A DNA stretch of 64,000 bases from positions 62,001 through 126,000 of the forward strand of contig NGBS01001165.1 in assembly GCA_002245135.1 (NCBI GenBank). Direction: 5' to 3'. Made by a program: the position numbers and the translations under genes. Each line of letters starts with the position of its first letter. The first letter of the stretch is position 1. Under the pieces are notes generated by a model that was not told where the DNA came from, made no database searches, and saw only the letters and a program-made list of their open reading frames with translations. Positions 1 to 11,781 of the stretch are shown here, piece by piece. Source of the stretch: Proteromonas lacertae. Its lineage: Eukaryota.

Positions 1-99
1 AATGGACAACTACTATAATCTACAGACATGTTGATTCTGTTTTGTTTTTGAAAAGAAGAAATGTCTTGAAACGAGTATATTTTTTGAATCAAAAATTAG

Positions 100-2816
100 A
101 TGTTTAAATCTGTGTTGAAACTAACAAAGCCAGTGACAAAATTTACTCAAGCAGCAGCATCCTGCAATTATGTTCATTGCTGCTCTATTGTAATTCCAAA
201 AGAATCAACTTGTAACATAAATCAACAATTGGTAAGGTGTTTTGCTAAAGAAACAAAACCAAAACAACCTAAAAAGGAATCAAAGAAAAAAGAAAAGTCC
301 TTAAAGTCTGAAGTAAAAGCTGATGAAAAAATCACAAAGACTTCTGATCTTGCTAAAAAGAAAGAATCAAATACTGAAAAGAGCAAGAAATTAAGCAAAA
401 AAGAAGAATATGAAAGAGCAGTTGCAGCAAAGAAAGCAAAAGAGCAAGAAATGTCAAAAGAAAAATCAAAAATAGAAAATCAGGAAGAGAAAGGTGAAGT
501 TAATGTTACTAAAGAAATAAACAAAGAAACAGTTAATATGAATCAAAATGTTGAAATTGAGAAGGAATTTGTCCCAGATATTAACTCATGGAGTAAGAAA
601 ATCTTATTAGCGAACTCCTTGAAGCCAGCTATCAGAATATTAGAAGAACATCAGAGTGAATTTCCCTTAAATGAAATCCCTTACATTATAAAGACATTTG
701 GTGTGTATTTTTCATCTGCACAATCTAAACAAGGATATGCAGATATAAAAAATCTCAATGAATTCAAATCATTTTCAAATTTCTTAGATAAATATTACGA
801 GAATAATTTCAAAGATAATAATAATACAAAATATCCAGTATATCCAGTATATATAATATAAATTTATAGATAAGTCCAACTCAAATGGTAGATGTCTTAA
901 TCACATTAAATCGTATGAGTTTCACTAACCATTCACTCTACAACTTGTTATTTAATAAAATACAGACATTAACAAACTCATTAACACCATCACATTTATC
1001 CAAATTACTATGGTTATATGCTTCTAATAAAAGTTCAAATTATTATCATCACCAAGTCACTCCAGTAGTGAGATTATTAAATGATCATTTCAATGAATTA
1101 AGTGAAGAGAATCTATGTAGGTGTTTATGGTCAATTGCTCATTTACATCGATATGATTTTCAAGATATATTGGAGAATGGATTAAACTGTTTAGTGAAAA
1201 TGAATCAAGCCAAACAAATTGATTTGTATATTTATATATTTATATATTTATTTTATATAGACATAAGTTATTATCAATGCTTCCAGAAATACCAAATCGT
1301 AATACTTCTTCTTGTAGATAGTATATATATAAATTTATTTTGTTTTATTTATTAAATAATATAGTTTTAATGCATTATTTCGTATGTTAATCCCTTATAA
1401 TGGTCAATTATCTTATTCTGATGCAGTAACCATATTACATGCATATGTGAATCATAGTGATGATATTAGTTTCAGTACAGTGAGGAAATATGAAGATATA
1501 TTACATAAACCAACACCTGAATTAGAGAATCTATTAAATCAATCATTTATATTAGCATCTGAACAGTATATATATATATATTATTGTGTTTATTATATAG
1601 TATTAATGAATTTAACAAGTCTCAATTAGTGGAGTTTTCATTCTATATAAATCACTCCAAAACAGCTATTCCAGATCATATAATGGCAAATGTATTAAAA
1701 AAGACTTCAGAAATGATTAAAGATTATGGACCAGCTGCATCTTTAATAGCCTTAGATTTATTTGGAACTCACACAAAGGAGTTTATATTAGATAACTTAA
1801 ATGTATATTCAGCAGTATTAGAACAAGTAAAATCACATTTCAATGTAATGTCAGAAACTCAATTGAATATAACAATTGAATTGTTCAGTGTTATACACAA
1901 TATGTTGAGAGAAGAAGATAAGATATTGCCAACTTTAATACCTATTTTATATAAAATCATTACAAAACCTGAGAATAACAATTATTCTACCAGATTAGTT
2001 GGTACTTATTTAAGAGCTGTTAAGAATATGGGAATAACTAAACCATCTATTGAAGAAATGAATCAATTATTATCACAATTTATTAGGCAAATGTCATTAG
2101 ATAAAACACCTGGTAATGATATTATGTTAATCTTATCATTCTGTTATCTTGAGAATAAAGAGTTAGCTATTCAAATATTGAAGTTTATTGAAAGATATGT
2201 AAGTGATTATACTCTAAATCCATTAACAGCTGTTTCTTTACTAGAAACATGTGTGAAATATGATTATCCTTCCACTAATATATATAAATTATGTTTGGCT
2301 TGTTTTATATGTGATCCAGAAGCTGTACAATTAGAAGTATTTATATATATTATTATTATTATTTAATTATTGTTGTATATAGGAGTTTACTAGTTTTTGT
2401 AGATGTGGTTTAAAGATGAATATTACTTCAAATACATTCAAAAAGCTATTACCTGTATTTGAAAAATCAATTTCTAGTTTTAAAGCAACTGTATTATCTA
2501 TTATATTATATATATAGTCTTTAGTTGATATATTGACATATATTTCAACAATGAGTTTTTCATATCCAAAAGTATTTAATATTGCAGAAGAAAAGATAAT
2601 AAGAGATAAAAGATGTTTAAAAAATGCTGTATATATATATAAATTATTATTAATATTATTTAGTATAATGTTTTATATTCTTATTATCGACAGAATGTAG
2701 ATGAGGAAGTATTTAAAGACATTTACAATCATTTCTTCAATTCAATCAAAACTGAGGAATTGAGTGAAAATGATAAGAATTTTTATGATAAAGTATTGTG
2801 TGAATTATATAAATAA
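100..2816 (+). CDS. Helical-repeat (FASTK/OPR-like) protein, probably mitochondrion-targeted; about 7 introns
   Basis: ORFs 100-861, 885-1355, 1384-1629 and 1584-2366 join in frame through short GT-AG introns to TAA at 2814-2816. The N-terminus is basic and S/T-rich (MFKSVLKLTKPVTKF...RCFA). It carries repeats such as LSKLLWLYAS and LCRCLWSIAHL. Confidence 0.6.
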
Positions 2817-2991
2817 TTAAGAGATGATGTAATAACATTTTTCTGTCAATCATTTTGAGATTTTTTGTAATACTTTCAATAATCTTCCATAAATGTTTTG
2901 TATTAAAAGAAAAAAACAAATTAATAAAATATAATCTTATAAATTAAAAAAGTTTGTAAATAAATTACTATAATATAATATATAAACTACT

Positions 2992-4159
2992 TCAATCAGT
3001 CCTAACAAGAATGCTATTATTATTATTAAAACTATTTTCATCATTATTCTTCTCTTTACTCACATCACTTTTGTTAATACTTAAACTATTCGTAGTATTA
3101 CTGTTGTTGTTATTATTATTACTTGTTACACTGATTGCACTACTATTATTACTTTTAAATCCAAATGATTTATCAGCTTTACGTTTTGGACTTAACCAAC
3201 CGACAAAACGGTCAAATAAACCTTTCTTCTCTCTCACTTGAAGGTAATCGTGGTGTAATAATTCCCAGGCTTCCCATCTATTAGCTGGATTACCTGCTAA
3301 ACAGTGACTTAGAAAGTCTATGAAAAATTTATCCCATTTTAAACCATCAGTATTAAAAATTTGTAAGTATTGATAAATAGATGATGTGTTTAATATTCGT
3401 AATTGTTCTTCTTTGTATTTACTGTTGATTAGTGGTTGATAGGAGTATAACATATAAGCAATTACACCAACAGACCAAATATCTCTTAATTTTCCATCAT
3501 ATTTGGGAGATTTATACATTTCTGGCGGAAAATAATTGGTTTTACCACTTCTTATACCACATAGACTACTATCTGTGTTTTTAAAGGATAATCCAAAATC
3601 TATCACCTTTATATTCTTTCCATCATAGATTATATTATCTAATATTAAGTCTAGATGGTAAATATTGAGTGAATGTAATATAAAAATGGTATTTAATAGT
3701 TGATAGATAATTCTCTTTTTGTGAACTTCATTTACTATCAGAGATGGTTTCTTAATGATCTCATTATTGATAGCATCAAATAGATTCTGCCCATGACAGT
3801 ATTCCAATATGATTATATTTGCATAAATCTGTAAGCCAGTTTCAAACTGGAAAACATGTTGAAACTTGCCTAAACACGATACTATATGCTTTCTTTGGGT
3901 TCTGGGGATTGACTTTAATATTCTATACTCTGATAGAACATTTTCTTCTTTAGACGAATCATCCGTCTAATTAATATATGTAATAATATATACTAATTTT
4001 GATATTTTTAAAACAACTTTCCGATTTTCTATTTCCCAAAACGCAAGATATATTTCACTAAACTCAGTAGCCTGAATCAACTTTATCATCTACAAGTAAC
4101 AAATAAAAAAATACTTCAAATCTACCCAAGTCAGCATCGTTTAGCTCTTTTATCTTCAT
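2992..4159 (-). CDS. Ser/Thr protein kinase-like (CAMK-like, atypical catalytic loop); 2 introns
   Basis: Spliced start MKIKELNDADLGRFE. Motifs are VVLK, LEYC, YHLDLILDN, DFG, YFPPE and DIWSVG, followed by an N/S-rich tail. Confidence 0.85.
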
Positions 4160-4254
4160 GACTCAACGAAAATAACAGATTTTTCGTTCTAATTTTCGGA
4201 TAACCGAATTGAAGCACCATTTTTCTATATTTTTTTAAATAACTGGTAGATGCG

Positions 4255-4775
4255 ATGTTTTGCTGTCCAAATTCTTCGAAATTACACAAGAAGATGGTAA
4301 TAGAGATAAGAACCGTCTTAAAAAATATAACAGTTTCTATTCCATCAATTCTATGTTGTGCCGTGATATCTAATACTGGTTCTGTGGTGTATGTGTGTAA
4401 TGTATAATTATTAGATGTGAAAGTGATCCAGAAAATGATGGTACAAATGATTCACAATTTATTGACATTTCAAGTGAAATATGCAGATTGTTAGATGTTA
4501 GTCATCAATTTGGTATAGGATTTCTAATTATTTTATAAATATTAGCTTTGACAATGAAACTAAGTAATTGCTCTTCTCTTCATATACAAGGACAAAAATA
4601 TATGTGCTCTTTATATGAACTACCTACTTCCAAATATGTATGTTATTCTCATATTAATTATTTCAAATAGATTTTATCATTTTTCTCAAATCTAGATAAT
4701 AACTCTACTGATTTTATAGATAGATCAATGGTATCATATATCACATCATTAGATAATTTAATTCCTGTAATATAA
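4255..4775 (+). CDS. Small Roadblock/LAMTOR/MglB-like protein (~140 aa, 3 introns); absent from the ORF track
   Basis: Four exons splice in frame: MFCCPNSSKLHKKMVIEIRTVLKNITVSIPSILCCAVISNTGSVVCES...SEICRLLDVSHQFALTMKLSNCSSLHIQGQKYMCSLYELPTSKYILSFFS...LIPVI*. The alpha-beta-beta-alpha-beta-beta-beta-alpha pattern resembles the Roadblock fold. Confidence 0.6.
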
Positions 4776-4907
4776 TTTTTTAATTGATTCTTTTTTGTTT
4801 TATGATATATCAATTGAAAAACACACACAAACAATTTAAACATTCGATGTAAGACTTTTTATTATTATTACTTTAAAAGAAATATAAATATACTACAAAT
4901 TCACTAA

Positions 4908-6538
4908 TTATATGATTCGATGAGGTTTCTTCCTTATCCTAATAACCTGAGTACTAGTACATCCTTCCTTGATATTAGCACCAATCTCTTTATAGGATGT
5001 TTTTGGTCTAATTGGTGTTAAATCAAAAGGTTGATTAATCAATGTCTTAATCGCAGGAGTAGCTGGTGGTCTTAAAGGTGGCGGATTCTTAGCTTTCTTC
5101 CAATAATTCCCTGTTGGTGTGTATGTTTTAAATGGTTCAAAAATTGGATTAGAATAAGATTTATATAAAGATGATAGAATTAAATTAGGATTAGTCTAAA
5201 ATTAAAAATAATATATAATATATACTTTTATTGGAGATAATTTCTTCATTCCTTTCTTCATTGGAGAATTTTTCATTTCCTCTTCTATTTCCATTTCTTC
5301 TTTAATCTTAGGAATCCAATTATAAACACTTCCTACTTCCTCATACATCTTCAACCTCTCCATTCTCACTTTCTCTCTATCCAAAAACACTTCTCTCAAT
5401 TGTTTCTGTAGATTGAAATCTTTACTTGCCTTTAATAATCTTTTATAATAAATATCTCTCACTGTCAATAAAGTTACATTGTTTTGTGCTGTAATTGTAT
5501 ATCGACTGATCTTATCAATATCACCTCCAATTATACCATTTTCATTGATAATTCCATACTTTGTAATTATTGCAAATTCTATTGGTTTATTATAGATTGA
5601 ATGTGAAAATGTCTTTGGATGAGTATAAGTGACTGTTGGAGGTTTACAAGTTAATTTTACATCACCTTCATATACAAAAGATAAACCAGTAATTGTATCA
5701 CCTTCTTTAATGATAGTTGCACCTTTATTAAAACTACTTCTTTCCATTAAATAGGCAATATTATTAAAAGCAGATGGTGTGGAATTTTTGAAACAATCAC
5801 ATTCTGAAACGAATGTTTTTTTCTGTTTAAAATTACCAGTTTGTGAATAAGAAGCTAAGGTTTTATCGTATAGTTTCTTATGGATTGCTAATAGTTCTGT
5901 ATATTGAGTTGCTATTGCTGAAGCGGTTCTTATAGGATCAGGATTGGTTAATGCAACTTCTCCCAAAATTTTGGCCTTTTTGAAGTGCCACCAGAAAACG
6001 AGATTTGATTACGACTTGACCTAATATTTTGGACAGTGCATCTGGTCTTGTATCTGCCATTTTAGCTTGACCATTTAATTCATTTTCGTATTTTTCTTCA
6101 ACATATTTGGAATATACTTTTTTATCTATTTTATTAACATCTGTATCGTAAATTTCTATTGTACCATTTAATATAATATGAAAACAATTACCTGTTTCAC
6201 CTTGAAGATATAACACTTCACCAGCATCATAGGATTGCAAAATAACTCCTCTAGCTACATCAAACAATACTTCTTTCGGTAAACAATCAAATAGACATCT
6301 ACCATCTTTTACTATTTCTTTTTCTGAATCAATCAACCATTTCGCTATGACTTGAATATCTTTAATATTTCTAGTATTGGGAGCTTTTGAAGAAACTATT
6401 TTTCTAACCATAGAAGTTAACACAGTCAAATCAGCATCCGGCAAAATCATTTGTTATGCCCATTTGACTTATTCTTAGTCTCGGCACTGATTCAAACAGT
6501 GGTGAAGGGATTGAGTAACTCTTTCGCCTTGCAGACAT
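4908..6538 (-). CDS. Cyclic-nucleotide-binding domain protein (two cNMP domains), with frame breaks at ~5963 and ~6451
   Basis: Domain 1: YLQGETGNCFHIILNGTI...GQNF/GEVAL...RTASAIA. Domain 2: IIKEGDTITGLSFVYEGDV. One 3' intron lies near 5200-5226, and the stop is at 4908-4910. The start is 6538 if the upstream break is real, otherwise 6450. Confidence 0.8.
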
Positions 6539-6627
6539 AAAACGACAATATGATTTAAAAAATTTGTTCGTTTCAAGATAATTTTTTGTTTTTAATTAAA
6601 CAGACATATAAAATACAAATAATATAA

Positions 6628-7677
6628 TTACATAATTGAACTAGCTTCCTCACATGCTGGACCATAATATCCAGCGAAACAACTACACAAACCTGAAGTA
6701 TAATCACATTCGCCATTATTTGAACATTCTGTTGGTGGTCTCTTATATAAATCAACATATTCTATATCTGCTACAAGTGCATTACCATCTTCAATCTTTA
6801 TCATACCATGATAACCACCTGGGAAAATATGATTAACATAGAATTCATTTTCCTCTAATACTCTATTAGTTATTATTTCTATTTTGTGTTGTCTACCTGT
6901 TGTGGTTGGTCCATATTTTATATTAATATCTCTATTTTTATCGCTATCATTACCAGTAACTTCTACACCTTGCATATCAACAATATTTGGAGCTAAATGA
7001 CCTATTTGTGTTTCCCATTCATCCTTATCCAATACATTAAATTTAGTTGTATACCACACTTTACCAAATACATCTCTATATCTAGCATAAGCTTGATTAG
7101 TACCTTCTGTAATATTTGTCAATCTAATCACTTGTGGAGCTTTAGCATCAGTTTCACAATCACTACTTGGATAATAACCCATTGGGCATTTTCTTAATGA
7201 ACAATCACTTCCAGTATATAATGAATCACATAAACAAACAAATTGTCGATCAGTATCGTTCTTTGGACCTTCATAGTAATTAACATAAAATTTATCAGAG
7301 TGTGTAACATCAATATATTTAATACTAGTGCAAATGCCATGTCCAGAACAGGAGTTAGGACATACTGTTCTTTGACATGCTGCACCTTCAAAACCGTCAA
7401 AACAATTTGCATAAGCCAGTTTCTCGATCACAGAGTCCTTGGTTTGAACATTCTGAATATAGTTGCTCATAATCGCCTAGAACTCCTGAAGCGAAAGATA
7501 CATCGAATGGACATGTTCCTAAAAATTAGATTATATTTATAGAATACTTAAAGAGCAATCACCCCCAGTGAAACCTGGATAACAGGTACATGCATCGTTT
7601 GATCCACATGTACCATGCTGACTACAAAAGTTTGGACATGCTATTACACAAGATATTATAAAAAACAATAATAACAT
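6628..7677 (-). CDS. Secreted EGF-like Cys-rich protein of the stramenopile tubular mastigoneme (Sig/Ocm/Mas) family; 1 intron, +1 break at ~7406
   Basis: Signal peptide [13 protein letters not shown]. Then [11 protein letters not shown]...[69 protein letters not shown], a Cys-poor spacer and a terminal [26 protein letters not shown]. No TM segment. Confidence 0.7.
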
Positions 7678-7879
7678 TTCACTTATCTCTATAAATCGAT
7701 GAAAATAGGCTTTACGTTGTTATATGGTTACCAAAACTTTTCGTTGCACCAGATATTAAAAAACATTATTAAACAAGTTACAAACAATAAAAAGTCATTT
7801 TTCATTCATAGACAAAATTTAAAAGATATATATAAATAGATTTTAATACAAATAGAAATAATATAAATACAAAAAACAT

Positions 7880-8681
7880 CTAAATATGTAATAAATTGGA
7901 CGGAATTGGTGTACCTCTCACTACTGTCAATTGAGGATAAGGTGGCTGGATAACATGTGAAAAATTATCCTGTAATTCATGAATTGGCTTATAAGTGTAA
8001 TTATCTACAACAAAAATATAATAATTATAATATCTATACTTAGTGGATTGCAATGATCTAGTTCTTTTCCTCCAACAATCTCTTTTTGTGATGGAATTGG
8101 AGCTGTAGGTATAGGGAAAGGTTTTACATCTCTTCTTGATATTCCTAGTGGATTATTGATTGGTATAGATGATGCTGGTCTTCTTACTATTCTATTATTT
8201 ATTGCCCAATTTAAATCACAAATTCTCTTTGTTATTGCTAATTCTTCTTTCAGTGTGTTTGTTGAATCTTCTAGATCTTTCACTGTCATTATTTGTGTTT
8301 TTTTATTATACTCATAACTATTAAAAGAATCAGCTGTATTTGTTCGTTTCTGTGTTTGTCTTACTGGAGATATAGTTGGTAATTTTTGAGTTTGTGATGT
8401 TTTAGGTGTTTCTGCTGTGGATTCTGGTCTTGCTGATGATTTCTTGGATGATGTTGTTGTTGGACGAGATTCATACTGATTATTTAATAATAATAAAATT
8501 AAAATACTCTTGGAAATTGTGCCTGTTTCCATATTCTATAATTTTCTTCATCTTTATTCCTTGCACTATATATTTACATAAACATTAAGAATTACTTTCT
8601 ATCTCTTTTATAAGTCTCTAACAAATAATTCGAGAAATCAGTTGTTAGTGTCTCATGGGTTGTGTGATACGTCTGTTGCAT
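7880..8681 (-). CDS. Hypothetical protein (low-complexity, P/S/T-rich); 3 introns
   Basis: MQQTYHTTHETLTTDFSNYLL... splices in frame through ORF 8005-8532 to ...VVRGTPIPSNLLHI* (TAG at 7880-7882). Confidence 0.65.
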
Positions 8682-8834
8682 GAAAAACAACAAAATATAA
8701 ATTAAAACGATTAATGAAACGGATAGAATTCGTTGGTGTTAGAAAATAAATTTTGATTAAAATAATATCTTTAGTTTTTTATTTGTATTTCTTACATATG
8801 TATAGTTGCAACTTTGCTAATTTTTATTTTATAG

Positions 8835-10406
8835 ATGAGTAAATTATATGACAAGCAGGAATCAGATTTAAGAGTATTATCAGATGAGATGAGAAAAAGA
8901 ACTCTCTCTTTCACTAGGAATAAAGCTGGAAATATATTTACACCGGGAATTCCAGGTATGTCAGAGATACTTATACTTATCTAGAGCTTGGTGGTTTAAT
9001 GCACTTGCATGACATTGGAAACCTTGTAATTGTACTCGTTGGTCTTCCTGGTCGTGGAAAGACTTACATCGGACATAAATTGTGTAAATATTTAAGTTGG
9101 TTAGGATATAACTCCAAAGTGTTTTCAGTTAGTGAATATCGTCGTAGATCTGAACAGTACCTTAAACTGAGAGGAGAATTTTTCGATCCAAAGAATGAAG
9201 AAGTATAATTATAATTGATATATTTCAAATAGCTTGTCAAATTACGAAGAGAGATAAAAATGGAAACTTTAAACGATCTTCTTTGTTGGTTGGAAGAAAA
9301 AGGCAATGAAATAGGTATTTTAGATGGAAGTAATGTAAATCAAGAAGAAAGAATAGAAATAGCCAATATTATATCACTTCGTCCAATGTTCATAAACCAT
9401 TGTGGATACAGATAGATTGTAATAATGATCAATTATTAAAAGAAAATTTTGAAATTACCAAATTGCCTGAATTACAGATAGATGGAGGTACTGATATTGA
9501 AGAGATTATTAAACACTATCAGAAAAGAATTGAATATTTAAAATCAGAGTATATATATATATATATATAATTATATAATTATAATTTAGATTTGTTCCAT
9601 TAACAGTTCATGAAGATTGGGATTATATAATGATCGAATATAAAGAGAAAGGCAAAAATCATTATGTTATTAATAACTTATGTGGTTATTTACCTGGAAA
9701 GATAGTCTCTTTTTTAATTGTATATATATATATTATTATTATTATTATTATTATTTATTGAATAGAATTTATATCCCATTCCACATACAGTTTATATAAG
9801 TCGACATGGTCAAAGTGAATATAATATAGAAGACAGAATCGGTGGAGATTCGCCATTATCTATTGAAGGTGAAAGATATGCTTATCGTTTAGGTGAATAT
9901 ATTAAAGAATGTAAAGATTTACCATGTGAACAATTATCAGTATGGACTTCTACATTAAAGAGAACAATACAGACATCTGAACATATATATTGTCAATATA
10001 GAATTCCATGGAGAGCGTTAGATGAAATAGATGCTGGTATATGTGAAGATAAGACATATTCTGAAGTGGAAGAGTTACATCCTGAAATATCGAAAGGTAG
10101 AGAGAAAGATAAGTTGGGATATAGATATCCTAGGTATATATATATATATATATTAATTTCTATAGTGGTGAGAGTTATATGGATGTAATTCAAAGATTAG
10201 AACCAGTGATAATCGAAATGGAGAGAACTCCAAGACCTTTGGTTATTATTGCTCATCAGGCTGTTATTAGATGTTTGTTTGCTTATTTTGAAGATTTACC
10301 AAAAGAAAGAGTTCCTTATGAAGATGTTCCTCTTCACCATTTGATGAGAGTAACTGCTTATAGTGATAAATGTGTTATAGAAAAGATTCCTCTTAATGAT
10401 AATTAA
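8835..10406 (+). CDS. PFKFB: Bifunctional 6-phosphofructo-2-kinase/fructose-2,6-bisphosphatase; 5 coding introns, frame break near 9375-9395
   Basis: Kinase motifs LVGLPGRGKT and SEYRR. Phosphatase motifs SRHGQSEYN, WTSTLKRT, LDEIDAG, YRYP-SGESY and AHQAVIRC. Confidence 0.92.
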
Positions 10407-10490
10407 ATGATATCTTAAGAATTATGTTTTATTGATAGTTATTTGTAATGTGGGTTTGATTCTTAGTTTGATTTTGAATTTTTATTTTTG

Positions 10491-11675
10491 ATGAATTACT
10501 ATATTATCTGTGTTTTATTGTTTAATATATTGTTTTTTATTTCAATACTGTACCTTTATAGATATAGTCGAAACCCTAAATCACTCAATAATGTTGTGAT
10601 TTCAAAACCGTCAAAGAATTTCACTCCTTATGTAGTTGATAAACCTCCTCTTTTGCATATATTCAGCAATAATACTTTTATGGTATATAGAGCCATACAG
10701 GATATTAGATATGGCAATATTAAAATACTATGTGGAATTTATGAGAATTATACAGACCCATTAGTAGTAAAAGTGAATAATATACAAGTAAATTATGAAA
10801 TTAAGTATCTTGGGTTGTTAATTAAGTATAATGCTGATTTTCCTCTTAAATATGCAAATATAATCATTCCTAATAGTAACAATGTACATTTAATTACAGT
10901 GAATGGCGAAATAATAGATTACACACCAGTTGAAAGAATAGAATATAAATATGAATTTACCCTCTGTATAAACACAATTAGAAACAAGTTTACAGCTAAA
11001 AGTCTATTAAATCAAACACTAAGTATATATCAAAAGGAAGGAGTTTCACATGTAATTATATATTATGGAGATATCTCAAAGGAAGTATATGATGTGTTAG
11101 ATAAATATGTGAAAAGTGGATTTTTGGAGATTTTTTATTGGCCAGAATTAGATATATTATCATATATAAGAAATTACGGTCAAATAGTGAAATTGAATGA
11201 TTGTTTATATAGAAGCTATTACAATAGTAAATACATTATAAATAGTGATATAGATGAGATTATTATGCCAAAGAAATACTATACTTTGAAGAAATTAATA
11301 AATTATTATACTCAAACAAAACCTAACTGCAAAATGTTTTATTTCATGAATAAAATATTTCCAATAAGCAATGAGATTGATTATACAGAAAAGAAATACA
11401 GATCTGTTTATAAAAATTTAATTCCAATCGTGGATATTAATTTATTCAAATATAGAATGGCATGTAATCCTATTTTTGAAAGTCATAAGTATATTGTTAA
11501 CACTAATGAAGTGATATGTCTTCGTGTACATGAAACAGTTGGGATTAATGAAGAAGAAAAGTGTATTATTAAAGCAAAAGATGGTTATTCTCGGCATACA
11601 AGGAAATTGTTAGAATATCATCGAACTAGATGTGGTAAAAAAGCACCAGACAACACAATTTTGAAATATTATTAA
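10491..11675 (+). CDS. Glycosyltransferase family 92 (DUF23)-like type II membrane protein; intronless
   Basis: N-terminal TM anchor. Motifs GVSHVIIY, YGQIVKLNDCLYR and the DxD-containing DIDEIIMP, then KYIV and VHE. The ATG is at 10491. Confidence 0.8.
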   Translation: MNYYIICVLLFNILFFISILYLYRYSRNPKSLNNVVISKPSKNFTPYVVDKPPLLHIFSNNTFMVYRAIQDIRYGNIKILCGIYENYTDPLVVKVNNIQVNYEIKYLGLLIKYNADFPLKYANIIIPNSNNVHLITVNGEIIDYTPVERIEYKYEFTLCINTIRNKFTAKSLLNQTLSIYQKEGVSHVIIYYGDISKEVYDVLDKYVKSGFLEIFYWPELDILSYIRNYGQIVKLNDCLYRSYYNSKYIINSDIDEIIMPKKYYTLKKLINYYTQTKPNCKMFYFMNKIFPISNEIDYTEKKYRSVYKNLIPIVDINLFKYRMACNPIFESHKYIVNTNEVICLRVHETVGINEEEKCIIKAKDGYSRHTRKLLEYHRTRCGKKAPDNTILKYY

Positions 11676-11781
11676 TTTAAGTCTGTTTTATAATTATACT
11701 TATGTCTAATAATGGTTTAAAAAGAAATAACTGAAATGATAAAACGATTAAATATTTTGAGACATCAAACAAGTTTGAGAA

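Noticed and set aside
4658..4843. 61-aa minus-strand ORF
   Set aside because: It is antisense to the last exon of the Roadblock-like gene and has no supporting features.
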